A DNA stretch of 64,000 nucleotides, from contig OZ024741.1 of assembly GCA_964016885.1 (NCBI GenBank), positions 133,362,001 through 133,426,000 on the forward strand, written 5' to 3'. Below are positions 1 to 14,767 of this stretch, one piece after another. The DNA comes from Eledone cirrhosa. Taxonomy: Eukaryota. The position numbers and the translations under genes were made by a program. The notes beneath the pieces are model-generated. The model was not told the origin of the DNA, ran no database searches, and saw nothing but the letters and a program-made list of their open reading frames with translations. Within the stretch, counting starts at the first letter, position 1, and each line of letters starts with the position of its first letter.

Positions 1-1284
1 ATATTATCATTCATGATTTCGTACAACATAACCTTGAGGCAAAGCCAGTGCTTGGATATTTAGCACTCTAGGCTAGCTCTACAATGTGTGTCTTGCAGAT
101 AAGGAAAATTTCAACTTACAAGGTAAGCTAGCGAATTTAGTTTTTGACACACCTTGCTGACAACACTAAAAAAATTACTAAGCCTGCATTTTCCACTATG
201 CACTCCACATTCAGCCACATCAAATCATGTGATGGGCTATAACACCATACAATCCCCTCTACCACCTTTGGATATTTGAAATATGTTGCTACATGGCAAT
301 AGATCACTGCAGGAATTTATTGTTTGAGTTATACAAAATTTGTCTTAAATTGTGATCCTTTAAAATTCAGTAATTCATCTCTCTGGGGTTAGCACTCTAG
401 GTAGCTGCTTAGGAGGTGACCAAATTCAGCCAACCTAATGTACTCAGGGGGGGAAAAAGGCAGTTGATTAGCAGAATCATGAGAACCACTTTCACCTGCT
501 GAGGCCCTAAGCTATATGAAATTTGAGGCTCTTTAAAAAAATGTTAAATAATTATACATGATTATAATTTTTTTTTGTATGTTAAAAAATGAATAATATA
601 TATATATGGACGAAGTGTCAAATTTTCATTACGTTTATTCAGTTGTGATGCATCTTTCACAATTGATCAGCTCAAGGTTCGATCTGTGTTAATCAGGCCC
701 CGACTCTGGCATTAAAATGGAGACTACGCATTGAGTGCTCACTTTGGTGAACCTACAGTAACGAGATGTTACAGTCCCTAAACTATATATATATGATGAT
801 GATTTTAGTGTTAAAGAATAAAAATATATTTTTAAAATGAGGCTCCTGAAAGCTTATCAGTCCAGCACTGATAACTTTTTTTTTTTTTTTTTTTTTTTCT
901 ATTATTATATAACTTATAACTTAACTTTTTCATCCTTCCTGCTGATTTGCAGCTAAACGACATCAAAACACTGATGCTAAAGTTATTGCTTTATAATGCT
1001 AGAAATAGTAGCCAAATACCAACAACAAAACACTGAAGCTAAAGTTGCTGCTTTACATGCTAACAATAGCAACCAAATACCTCTCAAATCATAACCCCCT
1101 CTTCCCTCCAAAAAAAACATACCTTGGATAACAGTCCTAACTACACAATCAATTTCTATGGCTGTAATGGTTTTGATCATAGATGTTGCATGTCCAGAGA
1201 TGAACTGGGGCGAAGCAACCACAAAACACTATTAAGAGCCTTTGGGAGTTAAAAAGATACTATTCTGAACATCAGCATGTAGTT

Positions 1285-1880
1285 GTGGAAGCATGTGGCC
1301 TTGTGGTAAGGGTGTTACTTACCATCATAATGTGGGTTTGATTCCTCTACTGCAGTGGCTCTCAAAGTGAGTTCTGCAAAGGAGTGTCTGGGGTTCCATG
1401 AAAAATGATAATGGAATATATTTATATTACAACCATATAATAATTGTTTCTACTTTTGGCACAAGGCCAGCAATTATCCCAGTGCACTACTGGTGCTTTA
1501 TTTTATCGCCCCCCCCCCCCCCCCCCCTTAAGGATGAAATGCAATGCAAAGTTAAGCTCAGTGGGATTTGAACTCCGACCATATAATAATATTAGACTTT
1601 GGGGTTCCCCCAAAAGTTTCTGAACCAAAAAAGGTTCCCTGTTTGTAAGAGTTTGGATAACCCTGTTCCACTGGTTTGTGTGTTGTGCTCTTCAGCAAAA
1701 CTTATTGCTCCAGTATACTCAGCTGAAAATTAGTACCAGCAATAGCTGGGGATTTAACCCTGCGATGGATTGGTGTCATCTAGGGAGAGGGGGGGCTCAT
1801 GTACTCTCAGTTGCTTCAAGTCACAGAAACTGAGATAAGCACTGGCTTGATGAGCCTCCAGGCTCGAAATATACTTGATT
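1285..1880 (+). mobile_element. Degenerate tRNA-derived SINE interrupted by a hAT-like MITE (1353-1665), which itself contains a second SINE fragment (~1450-1580)
   Basis: A-box-like TGGCCTTGTGG and B-box-like GGTTTGATTCC. The insert has CAG...CTG termini and an imperfect 8-bp TSD (ctctactg/ttccactg). The internal ggcacaaggccagc...gatttgaactc segment belongs to the common SINE family. Confidence 0.55.
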
Positions 1881-2804
1881 TTCAGTTGTGATCATGTGTT
1901 CTCAGAAAATGCAGGCAGATGAGGTGTGTACTATCATATATAAGTAGTTTTAGAAGTAGAAACTAACCCTCATTGTTTTTCACTGAATTTGTCACTGGCA
2001 CATCAGCCTTCAGATGAAAAGGAATTTCAATTATTACCATCTCGTTTTGTACATCAGGGATTAACTGCCTTGACCAATGTATCCCTGTTAGTGTTTAGTC
2101 CAAGGTTAGACCTTACTGAGCAGCCTTGAGAAAAGGCATGCAGCTATAACCAGCCCATTCCATCACCCTTAAGCATTGCATACTTTTAAGATGGGACAGT
2201 ATTATTTGAAGGAGATTTGGCTGCTATTTCTTGTGGAGAAGCATCCCTCATTGGATAATCAAATCTGATTTTAAGAGCAGTAAGTGGGTACAGAAAAAGC
2301 AGGATGCTGAAGAGATACTTTGTGTCAACTCTTTAGTCAGAAGGGTGTTGATGAAATAAATGCTAATTAAGTTACCACTGGGATTGGCAAAATCCACTAC
2401 AGGTAGTAGATCAGTAATAGTTGGTCCATTATCAGAATTGGTAGCATGTTGGACAAAATGGCTCTGATATTTAGTTAAGCCCTCTATATTCTGAATTAAA
2501 ATCCTTCTAATTTCACTACAGCCTTTCCTTCTGGGGATAACTAATGACATCGCTCCCTAACTATAAGTAAGAGTTAAACTCTGCACTTGTACCCTCAGTC
2601 ACTTAATACCAATGAAAGCATAAGATCCAGTCGAATGAGCCTCAGGGCTTGGGATAGACTTATTTTTTTTTAATTGTTTTTTTTTCCCCCCACGTTAACA
2701 GGTTAAGTAAAAATAAAAAAAAAGAATTAAGAAAAAATAACACAATTTGAGATATTTAGCTCTTTATTTGTGGGAGAGTGAACATAATATCACTGGTTGA
2801 AGAC

Positions 2805-4272
<1,468 letters not shown>

Positions 4273-6960
4273 TCAAATACTCAAGTTGAGAAAAAAGCTG
4301 ATGTATGGAAAAGCAAAGATTTTCTATCAGCACACATCCATCCACACCCATCTAGAGCCAGATTAAATAATCCTTTTGATGCCCTAAGTACTTAAAATAT
4401 TAAGCCCTACCCTCTATAACATCTGGAAAAAAATAGCAACACATTTAAATTGATTAAAATGTAGCCCCTCTTTCCTTGATGCCCTAAACATGTACTTATT
4501 TTACTTAATGGTTAATTCTTTATCGGAAATACTAGTGAGAAGTGTTTGAGATTTTTTTTATTAATATATCTTTATTTCTGTATGATCGTATATTTGTCTC
4601 TAAAATGCCCTATAGAATGGATTGCTATTTTTCATGAATTTCTGTTCATCACTACCATCAATATCATATGAATAAGTCAAGGCCCAAATGGACTCTAAAT
4701 GAATAAAAAAAAAAAGACGAAAGCAGTGAATTAGGGTAATCATTCTTTCTAACATAGGCACAGGACCAAAAATTTGGAGAGAGAAGGGAGTCGGTTAAAT
4801 TGACCCCAGTACAGTACTTGTTCTTTATCTTATCATCCCCGGGAGGATGAAAGGCAAAGTTGTCCTAGACAAAATTTAACTCAGAACGCAAAGAGCTGTA
4901 ACTAAACGCTGTAATGCATTTTGTCCGCCGCTCTAACTATTTTGCCAATTCACTGTCTGAATGATTTGTACTAATAATAATGTTTTTATGCATCAAAACA
5001 AAATAAGGAATATAATAGCGTAGAAAAATTAATTTCCTTATCTCATTTCTGTTCAGGATAATACTTTGATTAAAAAATGACGAGATGTTGTCCATGAAGA
5101 GGTCGTCTTTTATAGGAATACATACAATAATGGTTGTTCAAATGCTAAAATCCACATTTACATCACTGATAAATTCTCCTAACATCTTTTCAACACAGAA
5201 TAAAGTACACTCGAAGGTGTTAAGACGACTTCTCACAAGGAAACTGGCGCCAAGTTAAATCAGCTGGGCTAGTCCATGAGAGGGTGAGTAATGTCATAAC
5301 TGACAGTTGACAGCATGACACATGCGATGTTTCTCTCACACGAAAACTTTTCGGATTATATTCTATCAAACTAAGCGTAATGGAATGTTAAATTGGTTAT
5401 GCCTTAATGAGGATGATTACATTGGTTTCTTATTTAGGCACGAGGCCAGCAGTTTTCAGGGGAGGGGAAAGTAAATTAAATCGGCTCCAGCCCTAGACTG
5501 ATACTTAATTTTGTCGACTCTGGGAGGAACAATTCTCACAATCCATCGCCCTGATGACGATGATAATAAGGACTTTATATCAGTGGTCTTAAAAGGGCCA
5601 TCACGTCTTGGAGGAGAGGCACAGTGGGCCAAAAGAGAGATGAGATGAGAGGACGTGACTTGCACCAGTTATAATGCTAACCTGCAATACAGCTGATAGG
5701 CAGCTAGTTATTGCTTTCTTCAAAATGTTTACGCATTTGATAGTATTGGGATATGTGAATTAATACAAAATGCAGGGGCACAAATTTTCCGTTTCAAAAT
5801 TTTCTGTCGCGTGCCATTGAGAAGTTGTTTGCGGACCGTGTGTTTGAGACGCTTGCTTTATATAGTGTACAATAGGTTTTGGCTTCTAATTTAGGTACAT
5901 CGCCAGCGAATTGGTGGGTGGGGGTGTGAGGAAGACGATTATATTGCCCTCAGTACTTGACTGGTACTATATTTTATCAACCCCCGAAGGATGAAAGACA
6001 AAGTTGACCTCTACAGGATTCGAACTCAGAACTTGAAGAATCGGAAGAAATACCACAAAGTATTTCGTCCAACACAAACGATGATGCTAATCCATCGATA
6101 ATAATTTCTTAGCGTTATCCTGTATTTTAACAGCGGATACTAAAACCTATCTTATTGAACGAATAGTAACCCACCCTGCTAGAAATAGCAGCCAAATCTC
6201 CCTTAAGCCCTATCCTAAAGATATGTTAGACAATGTAGCCGTAACGATACAAAAAGACGAGATGGATGTTCATAGCTGGAAATGTATTTCGTCATAGATC
6301 TGCTCGATTGTGGGACCACAACTACATGTATCCAATATCCGAACAGGTCATCAAATCCGCCTCCACATCAAAAATTTCTGCACTATTACGATAAGAAATT
6401 GATTCTTAATATCCCTCTTCCTCAAATCATTAATATGTTCGTTTTTAGAACGGAGGGTTTTTTTTCCTCACATTCAAGCGCGAACATTCGATCGCCGAGA
6501 TGAGGCTTCAATTCGAACAGTTGAAATATAGAATATTCACATAGACGAGACAAGGAGGGAATCTCCTTGTGATCACTAAGGCTTGCTAGAAATAATCTTC
6601 TTTACATCATACAACAAAAGAAAATAATCACATAAAACAGATTCAAACAACTTAGAATGAAGAATACCATTCAATGCAGTCACCCCTACCACACGTCTCA
6701 CTTCCTTTTCAATAATAAATGTTTATTTATGTATATATTTAAAACATAATTGTTATGTTATTCTACTGTAAATTTATTTATATGCTTTGTTTATATTTTC
6801 ATTCTGAAAGAATTGCAAACGATTTGTAATGTTATTTAATATTAAATATATTACTTGTCTAAAAAAAAATAATAAATTCAACCTCGAAATGTAAATAGCG
6901 GTCACTCGCCCAATAGCAATAAGGATTATGATGATGTCATTGATGATAATTAAAATGAAT

Positions 6961-7115
6961 TTAATCTCACTATAATTAATTTCTAAAATATTTGAAATAC
7001 GAAGAAGGTGGTGATTGTTGGATCTTATAAGTGCTTATGTAGTCGTAGTGCTGCAATGTTCGCTCACACGGATTCGACGTATCCTTAATGAGATCGAAGA
7101 TTTGTTCGGAATCTC
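6961..7115 (-). pseudogene. Vestigial duplicate of alpha-tubulin gene 1 exon 1 (ATG changed to ATA) inside intron 1
   Basis: 7054-7102 is nearly identical to the 5'UTR at 9587-9635. The junction reads ATA|gtgagattaa versus ATG|gtaagattaa in the intact copy. Confidence 0.7.
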
Positions 7116-7364
7116 TGAGATGTCAAATATGTGAGTGAGCGTGAACGCGCGCACTCACACACACATATATGTAAATTAGTCCAACTACTTTAACTACCAC
7201 TTTTCCAATATATTCTTTATTCTTTTGGTGGTTTCAGGCATTAGACTGTGGCCATGCAGTGGTACCACCCACTACCAACACTTGGTAGTGATAGTGATGA
7301 TTTTAAAACCCAAAAATGTTTTATTTTTCATTAAAAAATTCCTATCTTTGACTGAAAAATAGCA

Positions 7365-7373
7365 CACACACAC

Positions 7374-7405
<32 letters not shown>

Positions 7406-7640
7406 ATATACATATATACATATATATGCATATATATATATACATATGTATATATACATATATATATATACATATATATATATATACATATATATACATA
7501 TATATATATATACATATGTATATATACATATATATATATACATATATATATATACATATATATACATATATACATATATATATATATACATACATATATA
7601 TATATACATATATACATATATATACTGTATATATATATAT
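7365..7640. repeat. (TA)n/(TACA)n compound microsatellite
   Basis: Directly visible. Confidence 0.95.
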
Positions 7641-7724
7641 TTACTGAAATTATTCTCTAGTCAGAAAATGTCACTCCTCCACCCCACCATTCATTTCATT
7701 TTGCAACTATCACCCCCACATTTG

Positions 7725-7762
<38 letters not shown>

Positions 7763-7772
7763 AATGTATAGT

Positions 7773-7823
7773 TCTTGTTTGATGACCTTGTGAGAAACAT
7801 GTGAAATTCCAGAGTAACAAGAC
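7773..7823 (+). ncRNA. Degenerate type I hammerhead ribozyme relic
   Basis: tcttgt-TTGATGA-...-GAAA-ttccagaGTA-acaaga. Stem I tcttgt/acaaga is intact but the core has C3>U. A related copy lies near 16941-16985 (core CGGATGA). Confidence 0.45.
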
Positions 7824-8642
7824 TCACTATTGAGCCTTAATAAAAGAAAAAACTCTATTTCGGTATTGAGTGCTCTTTTCTCTCGGCTGTCAACTACATA
7901 CATCACTACTATTGCCGTCAGTATTTTACTAAGTCATTTTCTGTGTAACCTTTGTTGTTGGTCTCCATCTTTCCGTGTATTTATTTATTTATTCATTTAT
8001 TTGGATCAATGATCAGTTTTACACACCGACAACATAAATGTTCACATACGTAGACGAATACACATACATAAATAATAAGTGATGGCATACAAATAAACAC
8101 ACAAGTATGCACATTACGTTACATACACAAAGCACTCTTAAATAAGCAAATACAGAAGAAGAGTAATTACTATAATACTGCGAATATTCTATTACTACTT
8201 CCACATTACTAGAGAGGTTTTCTAGTGCTCCTCGCGATATTTTGTATTGGCAGCGGTTCGTTTGTCCACCCCTTTCGCCTGCCCTTTGTTGAATGTGGTC
8301 CTAGATGTGTGTATTATCTGCTTGTATTTTTTTCCTTTCCCGTTCCTTTCTTTTTCTCTTTTTATTTGTAATATTTTGATAATGGTTATATTGACAAATA
8401 AAGTTTTACAGAGAGTTTTCAACTTCCACACGCACATTCAATACACACATATATAAATATTGAGTAGTTTACCTTTTTCCTATCCAGCGAATTTTTTTAC
8501 AACACACACACACATATATATTTACTCATAAGATGCGATTACAGTAATAATTATATTACATTGAAATGCATACAGATGCATTCATTTAACATTTTTTTTG
8601 ATTTGTAGTCTCACTAAAATGTATCGAGCACAGAAACAGATG

Positions 8643-8690
<48 letters not shown>

Positions 8691-9510
8691 ATATATATAT
8701 TCTGCAACAAGTTGTCCTATTTCTGCGGTAAACCTCTCAACAACCACCAGGCATAAAACTATGATAAAAGGAATGTAAAGCAACTTTACTCTAGGTATCA
8801 GAATTTTATCACAAGAAAAAAATTCAATATTCGATGATAGCTGTAAAACAGCCAAGAATCACAAGAAACAAAAAAAAAAAAGAGGCTTGAAATAAAAGGA
8901 ATAAAATTACTGAAAAACAAAATAAAACACTGAAAGTAAATGGAACAAGGTTTGAAGAGATTTAAGAATCATTGGGAAAAAATCCGTCATTTTCGACGGG
9001 TACTACAGTAATATTAGCATATTTTAGAGTCGATGATGATGATAATTTCTTTTATTAGCCAGAAGAACCCAAGGCATTGTGGTCAGTGCAATAGTAACTA
9101 GGAATAAGTAAGGTGTAATCAACAAGACAATAAAAGAAAATCAACAAATAGGTAACAATAGAAATAACAATATAGAATAACAAAGGACACCTCATATAGG
9201 CTATTTAACCAGTCGCCAACAACTTACATAAATATTTACTGAAGGGTAACACCTCCCTCTCTATGTTCCCTTCCTCTAAGTGGTACCTGAAGAAGTTGAT
9301 GGGGGCTTGGACCGAGGGGAAAAACCCTGTCATAAAACCTTTCAACCGTGTTGAAGGAGTTCGTAAGGGCCTGACCAGAGGGAAAAACTTTGTCCTCAAA
9401 CCTCTCAACCATGACTACAACACAATTTACGCAAAACACACCAGACAGAGGAAATCTTCCTGCTCTTTAATTGTAATAGTGTCTGTGGTGATAATTGAAA
9501 TTAATCTTAC

Positions 9511-9673
9511 CATAGCGGATTTTGGTTGTTTTTAAGATATTCGAAAGATGAGGTTGTGGTGGTTTTTAGTAGTAGTAGTACTACGACAATGTTCGCTCAC
9601 ACGGACTCGATGTATCCTTAATGAGGTCGAAGATTGGCTTTGAATGAAGCTGGCAGTGTCAGGACTTTATATA
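9511..9673 (-). promoter_or_regulatory. Promoter and exon 1 (5'UTR plus ATG only) of alpha-tubulin gene 1
   Basis: Minus strand reads TATATAAA (9673-9666), Inr-like TCATTC about 28 nt downstream, then ...ccgctATG|gtaaga (ATG 9513-9511). An ATG-only first exon is the usual metazoan alpha-tubulin layout, and exon 2 begins with R2. Confidence 0.85.
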
Positions 9674-10211
9674 CGCGCGTGTATGTATATGTATCTCTAT
9701 GCATGTGTGTATATATACACATATATGTATGCAGAGCAAGTAGTGCGACTCCTCAAACCACCACCTTTCACAATAGATATTTACTATAATTATTATGCAG
9801 GTTTCATACCAACTGTCGCTCTCTCCTCCCTTCTTTCTTTCTTACCCTGCCTTTCGCAACGGACACATCCACATTGGAATCTCATTAGACAACAACTACT
9901 ACCTCTACCACTACTATCACCAACACCACTACCACTATTACTACTAGAAATACTTTCATCGCCACTACTACTACCTCTACCACCGCCGCCAGCAGTAGTA
10001 GTAGCACCACCACAGCACTACTACTACTACTACTTTCTGCATAATGTTTGCAGATATCGTTTAGTTTCGGTGTGCATCTTTTCCATCTAGTATTTATTTA
10101 TTCACTTATTCGGATCAGAGATCATGATTACACACGCACATGTGATCATTGGCGCAAACAAATTACCACACATAGATACGCACACCATACAATGAAAAAT
10201 ACACAGGAGAG

Positions 10212-10277
<66 letters not shown>

Positions 10278-10366
10278 CAAAACGCAAACAGAAATAACAA
10301 AGCAAACGACTCAGTACAATGAAGAAATATATCATTAGTTTTACGCTTGTTGTAGTAGGAAAAGAG

Positions 10367-10402
10367 TTTTAACGTTTCGGACGCTGGTCCTTCATCAGAA
10401 AA
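10367..10402 (-). ncRNA. Minimal type I hammerhead ribozyme
   Basis: Minus strand: tttt-CTGATGA-A-GGAC cagc GTCC-GAAA-CGTT-aaaa. Palindromic stem III (ACGT); stem I is weak. Confidence 0.6.
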
Positions 10403-10896
10403 AAAAAAGAATGAGAAATTAAAGAAGCAAGAGCAAGATTGAGGAGACGGGCATGGCGGAAACGGAAGTGTTGTGGTATTATTTTGGCCACATGCATTTG
10501 GTCGCTTTATTCTTGGTGTCAATTTATTAACCTTTTATGTTTACTTTGGATGAAAATGTATTAACTTTTCACACCATCGAGTGCTTTGTAACTGCCTTAA
10601 ACAATTTGATAGGTATCTGCTATATTGAAGCTACAACTTCGATTTAAACCCATTATATATATATATATTTCGCTCTACATGGGTGAATACAATAAATGTA
10701 ATCTGAGTTTTTTCGAATATTAATAACATAATAACATTCGATTCGTTTGCAATTTTGCAAACAAGCCTCAATTTTATAGCCATGTCAGTAGAATGAACAC
10801 TTCATTCTTGCTCTTGTGTTGGCATGCGATCAGTCACTGTATTTTTGAAAATAGCATATATTTTCACTAGCTCTGACAGTTTGGCTGATGAACAGT

Positions 10897-10946
10897 GAGC
10901 TGTACTGATGAAGGGTGATACCCAGAAACATTAGTGTCTGCAGTTC
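10897..10946 (+). ncRNA. Type I hammerhead ribozyme, predicted cleavage after GUC at 10938
   Basis: gagctgta-CTGATGA-a-GGGT gat ACCC-a-GAAA-CA ttag TG-TC-tgcagttc. 8-bp stem I with 2 GU pairs and a complete core. Confidence 0.85.
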
Positions 10947-11546
10947 TGTTCGCATGCCAACATAAGAGCAAGAATGAAGTGTTCATTCTACTGACATGGC
11001 TATAAAATTGAGGCTTGTTTGCATAATTGCAAACGAATCAAATGTTATTATTAATATTCGAAAAACTCATGTCAGTAGAATGAACACGTCATTCTTGCTC
11101 TTATGTTGGCATGCGAACAGAACTGCAGACACTAATGTTTCTGGGTATCGCCAGCTGACTGTTCACCTGCCAAACTGTCAGAGCTAGTGAAAATATATAC
11201 TATTTTCAAAAATACACAGTGACTGATCGGCCTGATTTGCACATTAGCAGACTGACTGATCAGTAAGATCTGCATATTTAGCAGATCCACTGATTAGCCA
11301 GATTTGCATATCAGCAGACTGGTCAGTCAGTTACCTGTGTACAAGCGATAAATGGCCGGCTTTGCCAAATTCAAATAAAAAAGAAAATTTCGCTCTACAT
11401 GGCTGAATACAATAAATGTAATCAGAGTTTTTCGAATATTAATAATAACATTCGATTCGTTTGCAATTATGCAAACAAGCCTCAATTGTATAGCCATGTC
11501 AGTAGAATGAACACATCATTCTTGCTCTTATGTTGGCATGCGAACA

Positions 11547-11596
11547 GAACTGCAGACACTAATGTTTCTGGGTATCACCCTTCATTAGTATAGCTC
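11547..11596 (-). ncRNA. Inactivated copy of the same hammerhead (core CTAATGA, G5A)
   Basis: Reverse complement gagctata-CTAATGA-agggtgataccca-GAAA-cattagtgtc-tgcagttc. Confidence 0.65.
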
Positions 11597-11834
11597 ACTG
11601 TTCACCTGCCAAACTGTCAGAGCTAGTAAAAATATATGCTATTTTCAAAAATACACAGTGACTGATCGGCCTGATTTGTACATTAGCAGACTGGCTGATC
11701 AGTTAGATCTGCATATTAGTAGATCCACTGATCAGCCAGATTTGCATATCAGCAGACTGGCTTTTCGAAAAACTCAGATTACATTTATTGTATTCAGCCA
11801 TGTAGAGCGAAATTTTCTTTATATATATATATAT

Positions 11835-12428
11835 AAATGAGCGGAACAAGTAATCATCTAACAATCTTTTAAATAAATTAAAAAACGATTTAAATATTCA
11901 CCTGTTCTATTGCTGTTACCGACGGTTTCACTAATCAAAAGATTGGAAATTCAGAGAATTTCCAATGGAAAGAATTAGATCTTCAGACAGCTATTTCCAT
12001 ACTAATAAGAGTATATAACCTCATAGTAAGAGAATATATCGCTTCCTGCCCGTTGCATGGGGTCAGGCCGTTAAAGTGACCTACACACAAAAATCGGCCA
12101 TAAGTAAAAGCGGGATATTATAAATTTGTTGATCATGCCGCTAAAAATAGCAGTGCGATACGTTTTATTCTCTACATATAAGGAGAATAAATATAAAAGG
12201 GTATGGATATTCTAACAGGTACTAAGTACCCACAGAAATATGCATGGTGTTTATAATAGTTGTGGCTCGATGGTACTAATTTGAGATACCAGAACTATAA
12301 AAATGAGCGGAACAAGTAATCATCAAACAATCTTTTAAATAAATTAAAAAACGATTTAAATATTCAACTGTTCTATTGCTGTTACCGACGGTTTCACTAA
12401 TCAAAAGATTGGAAATTCAGAGAATTTC
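11835..12428 (-). mobile_element. Non-coding hammerhead-bearing unit, 466-nt period plus a partial tandem repeat
   Basis: 11835-11962 is repeated at 12301-12428; the unit abuts (TA)n. Confidence 0.7.
11912..11991 (-). ncRNA. Type I hammerhead ribozyme with extended stem II, GUA cleavage triplet
   Basis: Minus strand: gctgt-CTGAAGA-t-CTAATT..ATTGGAAATTC tct GAATTTCCAAT..GATTAG-t-GAAA-CCGTCGG-TA-acagc. Confidence 0.85.
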
Positions 12429-12899
12429 ATACAGTATATATGATGAAAGGTTAGTTCCCGGCGACTGAACTTACGCTGTTTCAGAGGTGAGAGGGTAACT
12501 GAATTAATTGATTGTTCGTCTTTAGCTATTTCCATATGCAGTTTCTTCAGCGGTGGTGACAGTGCCGGATTTAATGGGGGGGCACCATGGACGGCCATAG
12601 CAATTTATTTCTGCCCTCTGTTGGCTTTTTAGTTTTTATCCTTTTAACAACGAGAACGATTTTTAACAAGAAGAAGTTTTTAATGTCCTTACTGTGGCAA
12701 AATTCATCAAATTTTCTCAAATTTAGAGACATCAGATTATTATCCGAAGTTGTAAAAGAATGACATCAGTAAAACGAATCCGACCAAGATGACACGGGAC
12801 AGAGCTGATTGATGATTATGCCATAATACTATAACTTCATTACATTTGTACGATTTCTTCGAATAGTAACGGCATCATTTGTCTATGCTGCTAATGTTC

Positions 12900-13740
12900 A
12901 TACAAAATACAGACCAAGAAACTCTCACACTTTCTCAACGAGATAGAAGCGAGTAAATAATCAAAGATAGATTTAATTTTATCGTCAAGAAAAACTGAGA
13001 GAAGGAACACCAAAAAACATTTGCTTGGGTTTATTATGTCATCAAACCGAGAAAGATGATCGTAAAGTAAATGTGAGTAGTTTTCGTTTTCGTCATGGGA
13101 TATGCTGGCCACCTGCGCATCATCAATATACGTGTAGACGAAGGGTAAACCTCATACTACCGTGACGATGAAACGCTGGAAGGTTGGTGCAGTATTTCGT
13201 AAACCGAATGGCATCCTGAGAAACTCAAAAAGGCCGAAGGGAGAGTCGTAATGGCTGTTTTGGGAATGACACAGTTCAATAAGAATCTGGTGGAACGCCT
13301 GCACAAGATCATTTTTCGAAAAGAATCTAACGCCATGTAGGGTAGAAGAGAAGTTCTGTTAAGTGAGGCACAAGATACTTATCGGGTTTCGTACATGTAT
13401 TTAACAAACAGATAGTCACCAGAAGGTCACCGATCACCTGTAGAGTTTTTTTGAACCATGTGAAGAGGTGAAGACCAACTGCTGCTGGATAGATGAACAA
13501 TGCTCAGCTCCAGTATATGATCAAACTCTCCTCTAGCAATTTTAGCACGATCGGGAGCAATTCGATGTGGTTTAGAAGAAACCAGTGCGCAATCGGTCAT
13601 GATATGGTGCGAAACACTGTGGCTTACAGGTCGGACGTTAAACACGGAGTGAGTGATGTCGGGGTATTTGTGCAATATAGCGTCGTACATGCCTGAATGG
13701 GCAGGTCTTGCTTTAGTACTGATAGCATGTACAATCTGTT
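12900..13740 (-). mobile_element. Degenerate Ty3/Gypsy pol (reverse transcriptase) fragment
   Basis: Motifs across broken frames: SSSWSSPLHMVQK, GDY, DLVQAFHQI, PFGLFEFLRMPFGLRNTAPTFQRFI, YTYIDD. Frameshifts and stops present. Confidence 0.85.
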
Positions 13741-14690
13741 GTGCTTGACTAATAGGCCAAAATGATGTAAGAATTAGGAATCTGGAAAAAGTAAGATTAG
13801 GAGAATCTCTAACTTATCCCTTGATTAGGAAATATTCAACAAGGCCACCCCTTACTATAATGAGGGTCTATTCAGGAGTGGCTTTAATTTATATGATGAA
13901 TCTCTTATTCTCCCAGCACTTGAGGAAACCCAGAAAAATATCCTGGTTTACACCTTTTCTCAAACACAATTTAGATATTAGCTATAAATACTACTAACTC
14001 TTCAAAATTAAGCTTATCTATTCTTGCGTAGACAACATCACTTCCGGTATTACACGTTACAATCAATAACTTATTGTTCATTTCTTTCGCCTCCTCTCGC
14101 CTTCCTCATCTAATTCTCCACCTCTCTTCTTTTCCCTCTCATTTCCTTCTCTCTTTTTTTTCTCCATTTTCTTCTCTTCTTTGCCTACACTCTAATCTGA
14201 CTACTCTTTCACTTCTTGTTTGGGTTGCCCCTGCCTTCTTCACTTCCTCTTCGTCTGTGACCACGTCAATGGCTAAACTTGCCTTTTCACCTATCAGTCG
14301 TACATTTTATTTCCTTCCACATTATCATTATGCACCTGTTACATTGCTTGACTATCTCACATAAACATTTAACTGTTTCTGCTATGGCACATGGTCAGCA
14401 ATTTGAAGGGATGGGGAAAGTCGATTAAATCAAACCCATTGCGATATTGGTACTTTATTTTATTGACCCCGTAAGGATGAAAGACTAACCATGGCGGAAT
14501 TTAACAAAATCCTTTTCTTGTTTGTTGTACTTCTCTCTGGTGGCTATTTTATGGCCCTGGATCCGATGAGGCGAGTTGTTCAATTGTTTAATGAGTCAAA
14601 ACTGCGTCCGAACTTTGTACAATAGTTGATGACAGGAATGTAGAGTGAGTTGTTTTTGCACACATACACACGCACACACACACTCGCACG

Positions 14691-14767
<77 letters not shown>

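Larger units (their letters stand above)
10660..11830. mobile_element. Non-coding Penelope-pLTR/retrozyme-like element: ~427-nt unit in direct and inverted partial copies between (TA)n tracts
   Basis: 11068 and 11495 begin direct repeats; 10829-11067 is an inverted copy; 11765-11815 is an inverted terminal piece. Contains a hammerhead. Confidence 0.75.

Noticed and set aside
1840-1880. TTGATGA-gcctccaggctc-GAAA hammerhead-like string
   Set aside because: No stem I or stem III can form and the hairpin overlaps the core. It is the 3' tail of a SINE, with a similar tail near 2620-2660.
5551-5610. CTGATGA motif
   Set aside because: No stem II-GAAA follows. The same applies to those at 10885 and 17443.
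7272-7763. YI/CV/HT/LS/ER-repeat ORFs here and throughout 10-29 kb
   Set aside because: Translations of microsatellites.
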